This document shows, piece after piece, positions 1-12,936 of a DNA stretch of 64,000 nt. Each line of letters starts with the position of its first letter. Within the stretch, counting starts at the first letter, position 1. A program made the position numbers and the translations under genes. A model generated the notes under the pieces. That model did not search any database, was not told where the DNA came from, and saw only the letters and a list, made by a program, of their open reading frames with translations. Location: contig MU004181.1 of assembly GCA_010093605.1 (NCBI GenBank), positions 3,534,001 to 3,598,000 on the forward strand. The letters are read 5' to 3'. The stretch comes from Lophium mytilinum. Its lineage: Eukaryota.

Positions 1-1522
1 TGAAGAAGTTGCCCTTCTTGGCCTCTCGCTGATGATGATTGGCTACGCATTCGGACCACTTATCTGGGCGCCCCTGTCGGAAACCTGGGGACGCAGGGTC
101 GTTCTCTTCCCGACTTTCGCCTTGTACGTATTCTGGAGTTCTGTGTGTGTAGCCTCACAGAACATCGAGACGCTACTGATCTTCCGGATGTTTGCTGGTC
201 TCTTTGGCGCTAGCACCATGGTCATTCCTGGCGGGATTGTAGCAGACGTCTTCCCAGCGGAGACTCGTGGGGCTGCCCTCGTCTTGTTTACTGCTACTCC
301 GTTCTTGGGCCCATCTTTGGGTCCAATCGTGGGTGGCTTTCTTGCTGAGAGCGGCGGGTGGAGATGGGTGCTGGCGCTCCTGGCTATTTTTGCAGCAGTC
401 ATTACCGTCATCGGTTTCATCTTCATTCCGGAAACTTTTGCCCCGGTGTTGCTGAGGGCTCGAGCGAAGAGGTTGTCTGAGGTTTCTGGGAATGTCTATC
501 TCACAGCCATGGATGCAGAGCGTGTCGTAAGCGTCGGACAGGTCCTTCGAACCGCGCTGGTGCGACCTTGGGTCCTGCTGTTCCGAGAACCCATCGTGAT
601 GATTCTGACCGTGAGTCTGCACCTGAGCACTGTTCTGTCATGTCTGGCGAATACTAAACTCAAATGTGGTTTGAATAGATATATATGTCGGTCATTTACG
701 GAACGCTTTATCTATTGTTCGCAGCCTACCCCATCGTGTTCCAACAAGGCCGCGGCTGGAGTGAAGGCATCGGCGGTCTCGCCTTCTTAGGAGTCTTTGG
801 AGGAATGATGATAGGTGTCGCTATTGGTTATTGGGACAACGAACGATACAAGAAGTTGCATGCTCTCCATGGAGGATTCGCACCTCCAGAGACGCGTCTC
901 CCACCAGTCATCTACGGTGGAATCGCGATTATAGTGGGTATTACTTGGTTCGCAGCCACCAATGCGCCAAATATCCACTGGGCGTCGAGTGTTTGCGCTG
1001 GAATCCCATTTGGACTAGGATTTGTCTTAGTCGTCGTGTGTAACACGAATTATCTGTAAGGAACCCCCGCACCAACCCCGAGGAAATGCTGATGTGAAGT
1101 AGGATCGACTCTTATGTAATATACGCTGCCTCAGTGTTAGCGGCAAATAGTGTGATAAGGTCTCTATTCGGCTGTGTCTTTCCATTGTTTGGAAAGACTA
1201 TGTTTGAGGTATGTCAGACCGAGTGACGTACAAAACACTGCTTCTAGGCTCTCACCTGCTGACTCGAGCGTAGAACCTTGGTATACACTGGGGGTCTGCC
1301 GTACCCGGCTTCATCGCTCTTGCTTGTTTCCCTTTCCCGATCCTCTTCTACCTCTACGGGGCCAAGATTCGAGCCAAATGCAAGTATGCAGCCGAGGCAG
1401 CAAGAGTGCTGGACCAGATGAAATCGAACCTCGAGCGCCAGCGTACAAGAGAGACAGCCGAGAGGAGGGTATCGGTTGCATTAAGCTTTTCTGGGGAGCC
1501 AGAGAACAAGAAAGGCCCTTGA
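1..1522 (+). CDS. MFS multidrug transporter, DHA1 (drug:H+ antiporter) family; 5'-partial
   Basis: Frame is open from the window start ([32 protein letters not shown]) with DHA1-type motifs GPxLGPIVGG, WRW and PET. Exons <1-610, 679-1055, 1103-1208, 1274-1522 are joined by GT-AG introns and give ...[19 protein letters not shown]...RSLFG...LGIHW...; stop TGA 1520-1522. Confidence 0.9.
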
Positions 1523-4500
1523 GCTTATTTGAAGTGGATACCTTAGAAGTTTGTATGAGGACTGATCGTATTAGAACTAGAATAGACAAAGTAGATGTTC
1601 CTGGTGCGGGATTGGTGCGAGAGTGTGATATATAGTCACCCATATCAATAGAACTTGGTTCTTGTGAGGGACGAGGCCGAAGAATTGAGAGTTACTTGTT
1701 GAAAAGACGTGACATGAGAAGAAGAAGCCTCGCGACGTAGACAACGCCCGGCCTAAAGAAATGCGACCCTCGACCGTGGTTTTGGATGATCTCTCAGCTA
1801 TTCCTGAGAAGAGCATGGCAGCTCTATTCCGCAAAGTTGAAGTAAGGAAAGCGGAGCTAGGAGGCATGAAAGTAGGAAGATCACACGCATGCGACAGTCT
1901 CTCGAAGTTGTTTGTTCGTTTAGTCTGGTTCTCTACAATGACTGGAGCACTTTGAGTAGGGACAGGTTAGCGGGTAATAGCCCGTGTTCCAGATATTGCG
2001 CGCCGTAATAGGACTCGAGCAAGGCGAGAATTATGTATACCCAATGAATCTCAGACCGTGTGGAGTATGCGGGGAATGTGTCAGCAGCGAGCCGTGCCGT
2101 GCCGCCCATGGTTTGGCCCAGTGCCGAGTCTTTGGAAGAATCATTTCTCGAATGTGATCGGTCATACAAGTGATCAGCTACTCGGCGATGCCGCACATGA
2201 TGACAGTCAAATCCTCGCGACTCGCAGCACTGATCTGCACAGGCTGAAGTTAATAGTGGTAGCCGTCACCTGATACAAGCGAGAAAATCGCGCAACCAGA
2301 CGACGGAAGCTCAGCTCCAGGAGGGGCCTGCACTGAAACATAGTCGACAAACGGCCTGGCAATATCGCTTCCTTTTAAGACGCGAGAATGCGGAGACGAG
2401 CCGCGCTGAAGGGGCTGGATGAAGCATCTTCTGAATGGATCTAGGCTCCAACTTCGTGGCCGTCGTGCGGGAAAGAAAGAACGGATGATGTTTTGACAAC
2501 AATGCATAGTGCCTTACGATGGGTGTTCGTTTCTGCTACTCTCAGCGTACATCAAGAACCTTTTAGGTTCTCATAAGATGGGAGTCGATCATTCCGGGGA
2601 ACTGATCAAATCTTTTAAAAGATTTATTCCGAGGCGTCTGCATCTAGTAGCTGGAGAATCAGATTATGACGATGCCCCCTCTACGAAGGGGGATGTGAAG
2701 CGCCGAGTATCTGCTTCGACTCGGCATTGTTTGGGCGCAGATATAGATCACGTGCCTACAATACGAAAATTGAGTTTACGAGACATCTGTAGACCTCACT
2801 GATTCACAGGCATAGAAATTGCACTCTCGATGATCGAAAGGGACCGGATCTTGGACGCCGTCGAAGCGGTGGAGAGGGCGACCGGTCGTCGGAAAAGTCG
2901 GGTGAGTCATGCTGGCTGGCCTTGACAGCGGCTACAGGAGGGCATGCATGGCGACGTGGACGCATGCAGCTGTTGATCATGAAACGGCAAACCTGGAGTG
3001 TCAGTTGATCGATTGGCGGTGACGATGCTGCCGTGAGCGGGCAGAGAAGAAGCTTGCAATGTGGCGGGCAGAGGAGAGGTTTTGGACTCGTCGCCTACCG
3101 TCGGCCGACACAGCGACTGGCGACGTCGGGCTCACCTGACCTGGAGAGATACCCTTGCGCAGCTGAGGGCGCTGCAATGAAGCATGAATTCATGCACGAT
3201 GCTCCAAGCTTCCAGAAAGCTTCCAATGGCGAGGGTGTCGCCACAGCCGAGTGGGGAGACGAAGAGCACCGACGACAGGATTCGGCGACCCCAGACTGGC
3301 ATTTGGGTGAGGCGCAGTCTGTGCAGATGGATTTTCCCGAGTCACAGGGAGGGCCGCCTTTGGGCTCGCTGCAGATTTTGAAACCTCGACGCCATGGATA
3401 GCTATCGATACCACCCAGATGGCGCACTCGATAGGCACCAAGCAAATCCGGGGTCGCGCGCAGTCGCGTCGCTGGAGCAGAGGCAGCCCAATGGACCGAA
3501 GTGCAAGGAAAGGAGAGAGCCACATTGAAACGGCCGCAAGCGCGAGGCCCGGCCATCTCTCCGAGCATCGCAGCCTTCCATCTGGCACGGCGCCGCCTGT
3601 TGCCGGTACTTTCCAAGACTTGGAGATGCTGGAGACATGGTGGACGTGACTGCAGAGAGACAAGAATAGACTCGGCGAGGGCGAGTCACGTGGCGATACC
3701 AACTGCTGGTCCCGGGCCGGTACCCTGCCGGTGAAGACGCAACCTTCGCTCGCTCGCTACCTCTCCTGCGGCCCTCGGGGTCGCCTACGCCACAGCGCTG
3801 GAGGTGTACCGAGTGCTGCACCGCCTCATCATGCGCGCCGTCGATCATGTCGAAACATCGCATTCACGACGCGGCCTCCGGTTGAAACACATGCCAGAGC
3901 AGCTCGTCGTCATGGCTCGCCGCAAACTTTGCATGGCGCGACTCTGCGGTGCTTCACTACGCGCCGAGACGGATGCGACTCTTCGGCCCATCTTTGGCCT
4001 CTGGTGGCAGTCGTCGTCCCAAACAGCAGCCCAATGAGACCGGGAAGCAGGGATGCGATCAAGATGCACTATGCCGGGGTAACGCTTTCATCTTCGCCCG
4101 AACAACGTCAGCCTACCATCCGACTATCGTCCCCTGCGCGACACCACTCCCTTCCACCGCCCACTGCCCACACGAGGCCCACCAGAGCCCAGCCGACCAG
4201 AGTCCCCTCCATCGTCTGCCCGTCCCGAAGCAGCATCTGCGCCGGCTGGGATCTCCATCGGGAGGGCCAAATCGAAGCTCCCATTCTTCTGGAATCCCAG
4301 ATCACCTCGCAGACAGCCGCGAGAGACCCAACCACGGCCAGCGCTCCTCCAGCTGCCGTCGTCTGCGGCGTGTATCTGCCCGCTCGCCTGATGTCCAGCC
4401 GTGCAGATTGATCGGGGAGAGCGTGAGCGGCCGCTGAAGCCTGCTCTGAAGCCTGGTGGATGCCGCTGCTGCCACGGCAGGTCGAGCCTCGCCCTCAGCG

Positions 4501-5105
4501 CCGCCGTGAGCCCTTCGACTCGGCCTGCCCTGCGTACTTCCGTGGCAGCCGGCCCAGCTGCAGCCTCACGCCGTCATCTCCGTGGTGCGTGAGGGCCTTG
4601 GAATAAGGCCAGACTGGAGCGTGGAGAGGCAGCAGGTCGCAATTTCTGGCAGCGCAGCACCGGCGAACCAGGCCTGCAGGCTGGCGTGCCTCTCGCGATG
4701 CCGGGCGCGGTCAGCTTGGACGTCGACCAGGCGTGCATATGCACCTCCGATTAAACAAGTAAGTTCCAAAGCGTTGAATGCGCGCGGTGCACAGCCCGTT
4801 GGGGCTACCTGCAGTAGCTGACCTGGGTTTGCCGAGTGGGTGGCCACTTCGGCCTGCTCCACCCACTGCCTCTTTATATCCCGACCACCCCACTGCTAGC
4901 CACGCTGCCCTCACCTCTCACCCTCCTCTTCCGCCCCCTCATTCGTCCGTCTCCTTCTTCTCTCTCACACAAGGCGTGCAACCGTAATTCCTGTATTGGA
5001 CCGCCTGAGACTTTGTTTTCTTCTCTTTTGTTAGTCTTCGTTGTTACCACCGCCCATAATCGTCGCATACATCACATATCTCACACATCTCACCTCGTCG
5101 TCGCC

Positions 5106-6149
5106 ATGCCGATCCAGCTGCTACCCGCCTCAGCGGCCGCCTTTGCGCCGCGCTCCGCGCCGACCATCGTCCTCAACAACAAGGTGGAGCCGTGGCTAAC
5201 GCAGACGCTGAAGCGCACCAACCGAGTCAAGCGCCCGCTCAATAGCGTGCCCCAGCACTATCGATGTCTCACCGAGACCCTCTCCGGCTCGGGTGCCATC
5301 TGGACGCTGTGCTCCATCATGCTACCGAAGGCGCCCGACGCTGAGCTGCGCAAGGACCATAACCCATTGATTGAGGCCATGTTCAACTACCAGCTCATCC
5401 ACATCGAGGCCTACGTCGTACATGTCGACATGGTGTCACAGCATGAGGTTGCATTCAAGCTCACCCCCGAGACTATTGAGGCCCTCATCGAGTACCACAA
5501 GGACATCTACTCCGTCGACGTGTCGGCGAGCACCTGGAACTGGGCCGAGAAGGAGGCCCAGCTGAAGAAGTTGCAGGAGGAGTTTGTGCAGGCCGCCAAC
5601 CGCTTCGTGTTTCGAACAGGCTCCCGCGCCCTGGAGGGAATGGAGGAGGATGGTGCCGGAGAACTGCTAGATGGCAGGGGAGAGGACGTCAAGAACTCCA
5701 TCATGGGACTGTTCCTCCCGCTCCTTCCTCCTCCACCAAGGATCGTCGACGTCGTTAGGCCCGCGCCGCTTCTCCCAAGCTCCCCTGGAGGCGTTAACTG
5801 GTGGCAACCGACCCAGCATGTCCCACCGCCTCACCCGGCCCCGGTTGAGTCGTGGAGGGTGCTGCCGTCGACACCAAGCCCGACCATCGCGACCTGCTCC
5901 GAGCAGCAACAGACTTTCTGGACCACCGTGGGCTTCAACGACATTCAATTACCGTCGCCGACGCCGTCGTTCAGCCAGCCTTTCTACACCTCGAGCCACT
6001 ATCACAGCCCTCCTATGGCGACTGCTCCCATCCCGAACCTCCCGCTGCCTAGTGTTCTCGCACAGCAATGTGGGTCGAGCGCTATGCACTCGTTTAACGG
6101 GTTCGGATGGGGCAATGAGTTCGCACCGCAGTACGCCGCCTTCACCTAG
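5106..6149 (+). CDS. Fungal hypothetical protein (347 aa), intronless, Pro/Ser-rich C-terminus
   Basis: gccATG at 5106 follows a pyrimidine-rich leader and TATA-like TTTATAT (~4873). Strong GC3 codon bias. Globular-looking N-half (VEPWLTQTLKR...IHIEAYVVHVDMV...FKLT) and low-complexity C-half. Confidence 0.8.
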   Translation: MPIQLLPASAAAFAPRSAPTIVLNNKVEPWLTQTLKRTNRVKRPLNSVPQHYRCLTETLSGSGAIWTLCSIMLPKAPDAELRKDHNPLIEAMFNYQLIHIEAYVVHVDMVSQHEVAFKLTPETIEALIEYHKDIYSVDVSASTWNWAEKEAQLKKLQEEFVQAANRFVFRTGSRALEGMEEDGAGELLDGRGEDVKNSIMGLFLPLLPPPPRIVDVVRPAPLLPSSPGGVNWWQPTQHVPPPHPAPVESWRVLPSTPSPTIATCSEQQQTFWTTVGFNDIQLPSPTPSFSQPFYTSSHYHSPPMATAPIPNLPLPSVLAQQCGSSAMHSFNGFGWGNEFAPQYAAFT

Positions 6150-7513
6150 GCGCCTACAGTAGCGCTCAGACGTCAAACCCCCCTAGGAGCTGTGATGTGC
6201 TCGTGTCTTCACTTCTGCTCCCCCCTTTACCGCGACCAGGCCCCTGCGCAGAGCCTTACGACGCCCTACACGAGACGAGATATGCGATGTTGCACGAAGT
6301 GATGTCTATCGAACATCCACAATACAGCATGGGCCGGAGTTTCATCGATTTAGCGACTGCTTTACTCTCTTCTCTCGTACAAATTTCCTTGGATATCCGT
6401 GTTTAGTACTGTCTGCTTTTTAGCGAGCGTGTTTTGGATTTCCTTTGTGGTTGTTTTGCATAACACCGGCCGGACCAGCCTTTTCCTTGCTGTTCTGCAT
6501 CTCTGGGAGGCTTGCATGTCGCGCATTTAAAGACGGGTACAGCCTCACGGCTACGGGGCGGGCACACTCGGTTCGTTTACTGTTTTTCCTTGTCGTTACG
6601 GACGACGTTGCACATGGCACGAGACTGGCATGCCACTCGACCAATTCTGCACGCCGTTCTTGTTTCCCGGACTGGCATTGAGTGCCAGCAGGACATGCTG
6701 GGAGGCACGACAACAACAGCATATGCTCATCTGGTATGTCGCATTATGTTGTCCTGCGCACTGGGAATTGGAGGGTGCGGATACAGCCAAGGTCGAGTCG
6801 TGGTTCGCCTGCGGCGGATGGCTCTCGGAGACTGTTTCTTCTGCTTGCGGAAGGACAGCGCTGAAGTACCTCTGGCTGCAGTCCTTAATCCTCCCAAACA
6901 CTCTGCGCGGGACTGTAGGTTCATCTCCTACTCTCCGGGACTGGTCCCGGGGATGCTCTCCATCGATGGAGAGAATCAGATGCTGGACAGAAGCTAGCTT
7001 CTCATACACGCTAAATCTAATAAAACAATGAAAGAGATTGACCATACAACCACTTTGATACTGCCTGTCCTGGTGATGATTCTTATCAGTCGAGCATGTC
7101 TGAGCGATGGTAATTCACATCAATGTACCATGTGAGATCGTGAGACGGCAATGGCAGCCGGGATGTGTTGGAGCCTCAGTCCCCACCAGCGCTGACTCGC
7201 GAACGGCCAATTGCTGCAGCGGAATGTTGGTGTTTGCAGGCCGGAAGCAGCAGCAGCACGGCGGACTATGGGCCCTCTAGGACGAGGGCAGTCATGTTCA
7301 CGACGGCGTCTATCCTTTGTCGCTGCCTGAGGTTCCTACCCTGTTGCTGGGCGTGCTCTCTCCTCCGCCAGGCCGCCGCTTTGTGTTTCGTGCTCCGCCC
7401 AGTCTCCAGACCTCCACCCATCAACACCATGCTGCCTTATCGCATCACCATCGCAGTCCCTCGGCCATCCCCCCTCGCATGATCGCACCGACGACACCTG
7501 CCCGACCCGAGCG

Positions 7514-9604
7514 ATGCCACCCGCAAACTCGAGAGCCATCAGCCCCCTCGCAGTACGTATTCCGCTACGCGCCATGTCTCCGCTGCCCGCCCGCCCGCAG
7601 CTTCATCCGCCGCGATTGAGCCTCAGTTGACCTGTTCGTCTTGCGTAGGAATCTGCGTCGCGCGCTGCCACCCCTCCGTCTTATCTAGCGGCGCTGCGTG
7701 AGTTGGAGAGCCCCGTCTCCAGCTCTGTCCTCAACCTCGCGGCCACACTAACCACCCAGGCCGAAGACGACGCTGACGCCGAGAACCTGCGATTCCTGCG
7801 GTCGCCCTTGGATCCCCAAGATGAATGGCGGGCGGAGAATGCCCGGGAGCGATTGCGGCGGACTTCGGAGGAGCAGAGCGACGATAGAGAGCGCCACGAC
7901 AGATTCCGCCGCGTCATGAGCCGACTGAGTCGCCAACACGAACCTCCTGCCTACGGAGACCGCATACCGAGCCAGAATAACCTGTACGACTGGTCCCCCG
8001 CAAACGAAGCCGATGGTGACGAGGAGCTGGAACAACTGTTGCAAGAGCTGGGGCAGCGGCAGCCGAGTACCCACCCCGACATACTGCGCGAGCTGGCCCG
8101 CTCGCAGTTGGATGCTGAGCGGGAATCGCGGCGCGCATACTCGTCGAGGCTCCTGAGCTCTAACCAGCCGTCTCAGACGTCGGAGAGCTCGCTAAGGTCT
8201 GCAGCAATCTTGCAGTCTGTTCGAAGACACCCCAGATTCTCAGCCCGCACGCGAGACTATATGCATCGGTACATTTCTGACAGAGACTCTGCGGATAGGG
8301 CGACGCATGATGGCGAATCGAGAGATCGTCGTAGCCCCTCCCGCTCCGCTGCGACCAGCACGGGCTTGGGAGAGCGCAGCCGTTACGAAGCTAGCCGCCA
8401 CGCATGGCAGGCCCAGCAGCAGCTACAGCGGTCGGACCGTGACCGAGCTATCGTGGATCGGAGCCTAGAAAGAGATCGGGTGGCGCGACGAGACTACCGC
8501 CGCGAGTATCTCGAGAACCCTTCGAGTTATCCCGCCTCCACATCTCCGTGGCTGGAACAAACCATCAAGTACCTCTCCCGGCTTCGATCTTCCAACTCCT
8601 ACGAAGACAGCCTCGGATACGCTGTGGATGGCGGCTTCGTGAACAAGGACTTCTTTGGCGATGACCACGATGACTTCATCCTGGATACTAGCACCATCCT
8701 CCCACCTGCTGAGACGTCCTGGTTGGCACCGGGAGCAGTCCTGTCCGGATCGCAGCATGCTACCAACGTAACTTCAACTTTGACTCCAGCCGCCGCCGTC
8801 AGGGGAGATTCACTTCTATACCACTCTCGGAACGCCGATTCTACAGCTCCCACGCTTTTTGACGGCGCACGCCCATCACTAAGCCATAACTACATACCCC
8901 CATATCGCCGATCCGGCGAAGTGGTAACGACTTTCTCTCCCCAACAGGATCGCTGGCCCGTCAAAGTCACAATACACGCTGTAGATTACGACACCATGAG
9001 CTTATCTGCAACCATGGAAGCATACAACGTTCCCTCGCACCCACAATCGTTTGTCGGCATGCTCAGTAGTGCCAACAACTCCGCCTCCTCTGATAACCCC
9101 ACGCCAATACGAACATCGAGCATAACAACCTATCTAGAAGGCGAGATTCTCGACTTCCGAACACACACCCTCCTAACCGAATCGTTCAAGTCAAGCTCGG
9201 TCATCGACGCCACATACTGGAGAAAATTGCCACCATTCTCCAACCTCACAGACGACGAATTAGTTCACAAGCTCGTCTCGCAGCGATGGATGGAGCAACT
9301 TAGCCAGGAATGGATCCTCATGCGATGGAAAGAACGCTGCTTCGTGAAAAACACACGCGCGTTCAACTCTGCCAACCCCACCCCCACAGACTTGCATCCG
9401 CGGAACTTTCTCAACCCTGATCCCGAAGACGATGTCACCGAGGATGGATGTGGACTAACCATTTCGGGCTTTTACTACGTCTGCCTCCGGCGCAGCGATG
9501 GCGCCGTGGAAGGCTTGTATTATGACCCACAGAGCTCGCCGTATCAGCACCTCAAACTCGTGCCCGTGAGCGGGGGCGTGTTTCCAAAATGGGAGTTCAG
9601 GTAG
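7514..9604 (+). CDS. GID4/Vid24-family (vacuolar import and degradation) protein, long form
   Basis: Exon 7514-7552 (MPPANSRAISPLA), intron 7553-7648 (GTACGT...TTGAC...TAG), exon 7649-9604 in frame with the long ORF. C-terminal Vid24 motifs ITTYLEGEI, ILMRWKERCFV, GLTISGFYY, GLYYDPQSSPYQ. Confidence 0.85.
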
Positions 9605-12117
9605 CCAACACCTACCTTCACACATCTCAGCATTGGCCAGAGAAAGCGCCATGGGACGGGCGTCGTCCTCAACACATGCACCTCCATGCCGTCAGCGTAC
9701 TCAAAGACCCCTGACTTCCCTGTCACCTCGTCGAGCGCCCCTTGATTCATCCTGCTAGAGCAGATAGCATCGGAGCAGTGCACACTGTTGGTATTTCGAT
9801 GAAGCACCCTTCCTTCTCATCCCTCACCTTGAATCTCACTCCTCTGCATATCCTCTGGCGTTTTCTACGGTTTCAACGCCCCTCGTTGGGTTTGGTCATG
9901 GGGGCCGGTCAGGCGTTTGCATACTATATACTTAGTCTGAGTCTTGGGTCAAGGTGGCTGACCTGTCCCTACGAATGGTAGAACGAATGATGCATCAGTA
10001 TTCTTATCACGCGCTCGTATCGAAATAAGTGAGTGATTGGTGAAGCGTTTCTATGGCAAGACCTGCCTTCACGGTTTTTCTTCGATGTTTGTAACGGTAA
10101 AACAAACAGGGGGCGTGCTATGTGCCCGCCACCGCCTCTCTGCGTCTATCGAATTCATGCAGTTGAGTAGTGAGTATCCGCACTTAAAACGCGCAACGCA
10201 GTGATGAGATACCGCAATGACTTCTCTGCCTACTCATAGTATAAGAACGCCTTCGCTATCTCCGTTCCCTTTGCTCTGAAAAGTGGCTTTGCGTTGAGCA
10301 CGCCATGTCTTCTCCGCTTTCCAATCGCGTTTCACGCGGTCAAATTCGTGACTTCTAGCGACTAAAGCGGGCAATGCGTGGCAGCAGTCCCTCCGCAGCC
10401 TGTTTAGGTCTATGTACACACGTATAGCTTCTAGCTTGTCGTTTGTGGGAAGTGATAGGCAAGGCGTAAGGAGGACGCCCTGTGATCCTCCTCTACGTGG
10501 AGGCGGTATCTACTCTGCGGCTATTGATCATATCTGTATGCGGTTGGATTGGTGGCTTTAAGCAACAAAAGAGGCGGGGGTGACCAAGCTGGGCATGTGA
10601 ACCTCCTTCTTACAACAAGACATCAAAAGAATCAGTAGAAGGATGGTAGAGACACGTTTGTAGGTGAGAGTTCGTGGTAAGACGAACTTGTAGCTACTTA
10701 CAAGTCCGATGGCAGCAGAAAGGTCCTGGTGGCTAATGCGAATGCTAGTAATTCTCCCTCCTGGTGTCAAACATGGTGGGTGGATGCGACTTCCGGGGTT
10801 CGATTGCGGGTGACGCTGCTAATGCTATGTACAGTATGACGGTGAAATGCACCTTGGAGTTGGCAGAGCTTTGGAACATGACTGACAAGCACCTATAGCA
10901 ATCACTGCCGGTAGCAAGCTGGGGTCCTTTCCTGTATATCAGTTCATCTTCCAGCTAACATCAGACGCTACGGCCGGCATTCAACACATGAGGGTCTGTT
11001 GAGAGAAGCGAAGAGCTTGTTTCGTGGACTGGATGTGGTTATGGCTGAATAGGAGCGTTATAGGGGGACCCAAGGGCTGACGATACTAGATGCATAGGAC
11101 CCTTCTTGCTCTTATTGCGGTTGGAGTGCGGTTGCGAAGTAGGAGGCAGAGGCACCAGGCTTGGTTTCGGGGTGATAGTAGCTTCTTTTAAAAAAAGTAT
11201 AAAGAAAGTAAGTCCTACTTTGGGAATCGAACTTGGGACCAAAAGGAGAAAAAAGCAAAAGATATTCAAATCCCATATCACAAAGGAGCTAGAGAGCTTC
11301 CCATAACCAACCGGGCCATGGGTGTCTCATTGCACTTGTGAGGACGAGAATTTCTGAGGGAATGGTAAAATATTTTGACATATATACCGGTAAAGAGTGC
11401 GCAGAGGAAGATTGACTGTCGCGCGGTGGTGATGATGATGGGGGGAGGGGCAAGTTGGAAGCTGGGCTAGTCATTACAAGCTCTTGTAAGGACCGAGTGC
11501 TCCAGGCATGTCGACACTATTCGAAGGGTAGACCGAAATCGTAAAAGGGGGTTGCTACAGTGCTCAGGTTGGAGCTGCTCTGTTGCAAGGTAAGGCTGGG
11601 TCGGTTTTGCCTTTGGGTAGTTGGGTTGAAAGTGCCTCTTTAGTGCCACAAGATAAAAATATGAGGGCTAAATGCGTCAATATAAACTTTTGGACAAGTT
11701 GAGATATAGTTTATTTAGCAAGGGGAAGCTTGATTCAGACGTTTCATTCTTTTGATGAAATGAGAGTTTGATTACAGAATTCTGACATCGGACGCAAAAA
11801 CCTCTACATATCTCTCAAAGATGTCAGTGATTCTGACTGCCTGTCGCACTTTCTCATGGTCTTTAAGTGGCTTGTTGAGGTCTGGGTTCCCACCGAACCT
11901 ACTGTAAAGTTAGGGAGTTGCACCTCCCACTGCAATACTATCCTCGGACTTGAAGCGCGTGCTAGGAGCTGGTAGCCATGCCACATTCACCTACTGTCTC
12001 TTGGAAGTTTGCGATCTCAGTCTCCTTGCGTCGGCCTTTCTGCACTCCGCCGTAAGCTTTGGTCATCTTGAAGCTTTTATTCGCCCTCTTGAGGCTATCA
12101 CTCCGCCCCTCGTTCTC

Positions 12118-12640
12118 TCAATTTGCTACCGTTCCCCCAGTAGACTCAACTACCCTCTTCACATCCCCTTTCAGTTCTGGTATGCCAGTCATTATCTCCT
12201 TTGCGAGGATGTCCCTCAACTGCGCAAACGCCTCGCTCTTGCCCTTCAGCAACTGGTTCGACCGCTGGAGCTGTTCCATCATCTCGCGGGTGTAGATGTC
12301 GGGGTTGCGGGCATGCTCAACATAGCTAATGACTTCAGGCGGGATTTCGACGTTAATGTGGGGGGCGGTGCTTTTGAGGTCGTTGAGGTTCCTCAAGAGG
12401 CTCATACTGGTGGGGCGTTAGCGGCGTAGGCCGAGGATTCGGGGTAGAAGGAGGCTGTACATTTCTTCTCTCATGGCGTTCACGGAGGGCGCGCCTTCAT
12501 GCTGGTATGCTGTGACAGTGAGACTGTAGAGGTTCTGGACGATGGCTTTGAGCTGGGCTGCAAGTTTGTCAATATAAAATACTCAACGGCTACAGGATTT
12601 AGTCTATACCATCTACGTCGTCTAGCGATGGGGGCGCCAT
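12118..12640 (-). CDS. MED10: Mediator complex subunit 10
   Basis: Three exons give MAPPSLDDVDAQLKAIVQNLY...EEIMSLLRNL...IPPEVISYVEHARNPDIYTRE...NQLLKGK. The IPxEVIxYVxxxRNPDIYTRE motif is the Med10/Nut2 signature. Confidence 0.92.
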
Positions 12641-12936
12641 GTCTGCAGTGTTCACGGAGAGTGATTGTGTGCGATGAGGTTGAAACAAGGTCAAAGTTCG
12701 CGCCAATGTGAACCGCGGAACGACGCGATGCTAAGCTTTCCGCCCGGAGCGCACGTTGTTCCATCCCCGATCCGCATATTGCGTTGGCAGTTGGTGTTGA
12801 ACTTCCTGCCCAACGTCACCACGCCACTTCCCCACGATATTCTGGACATCCCGAAAGAGCTGTTCCTTGCAGCACGCCCCTTGCAGTAGCAACATCGCAC
12901 ATCACACCGTGGTATCGAGGGAACCATGAAGCGGCG

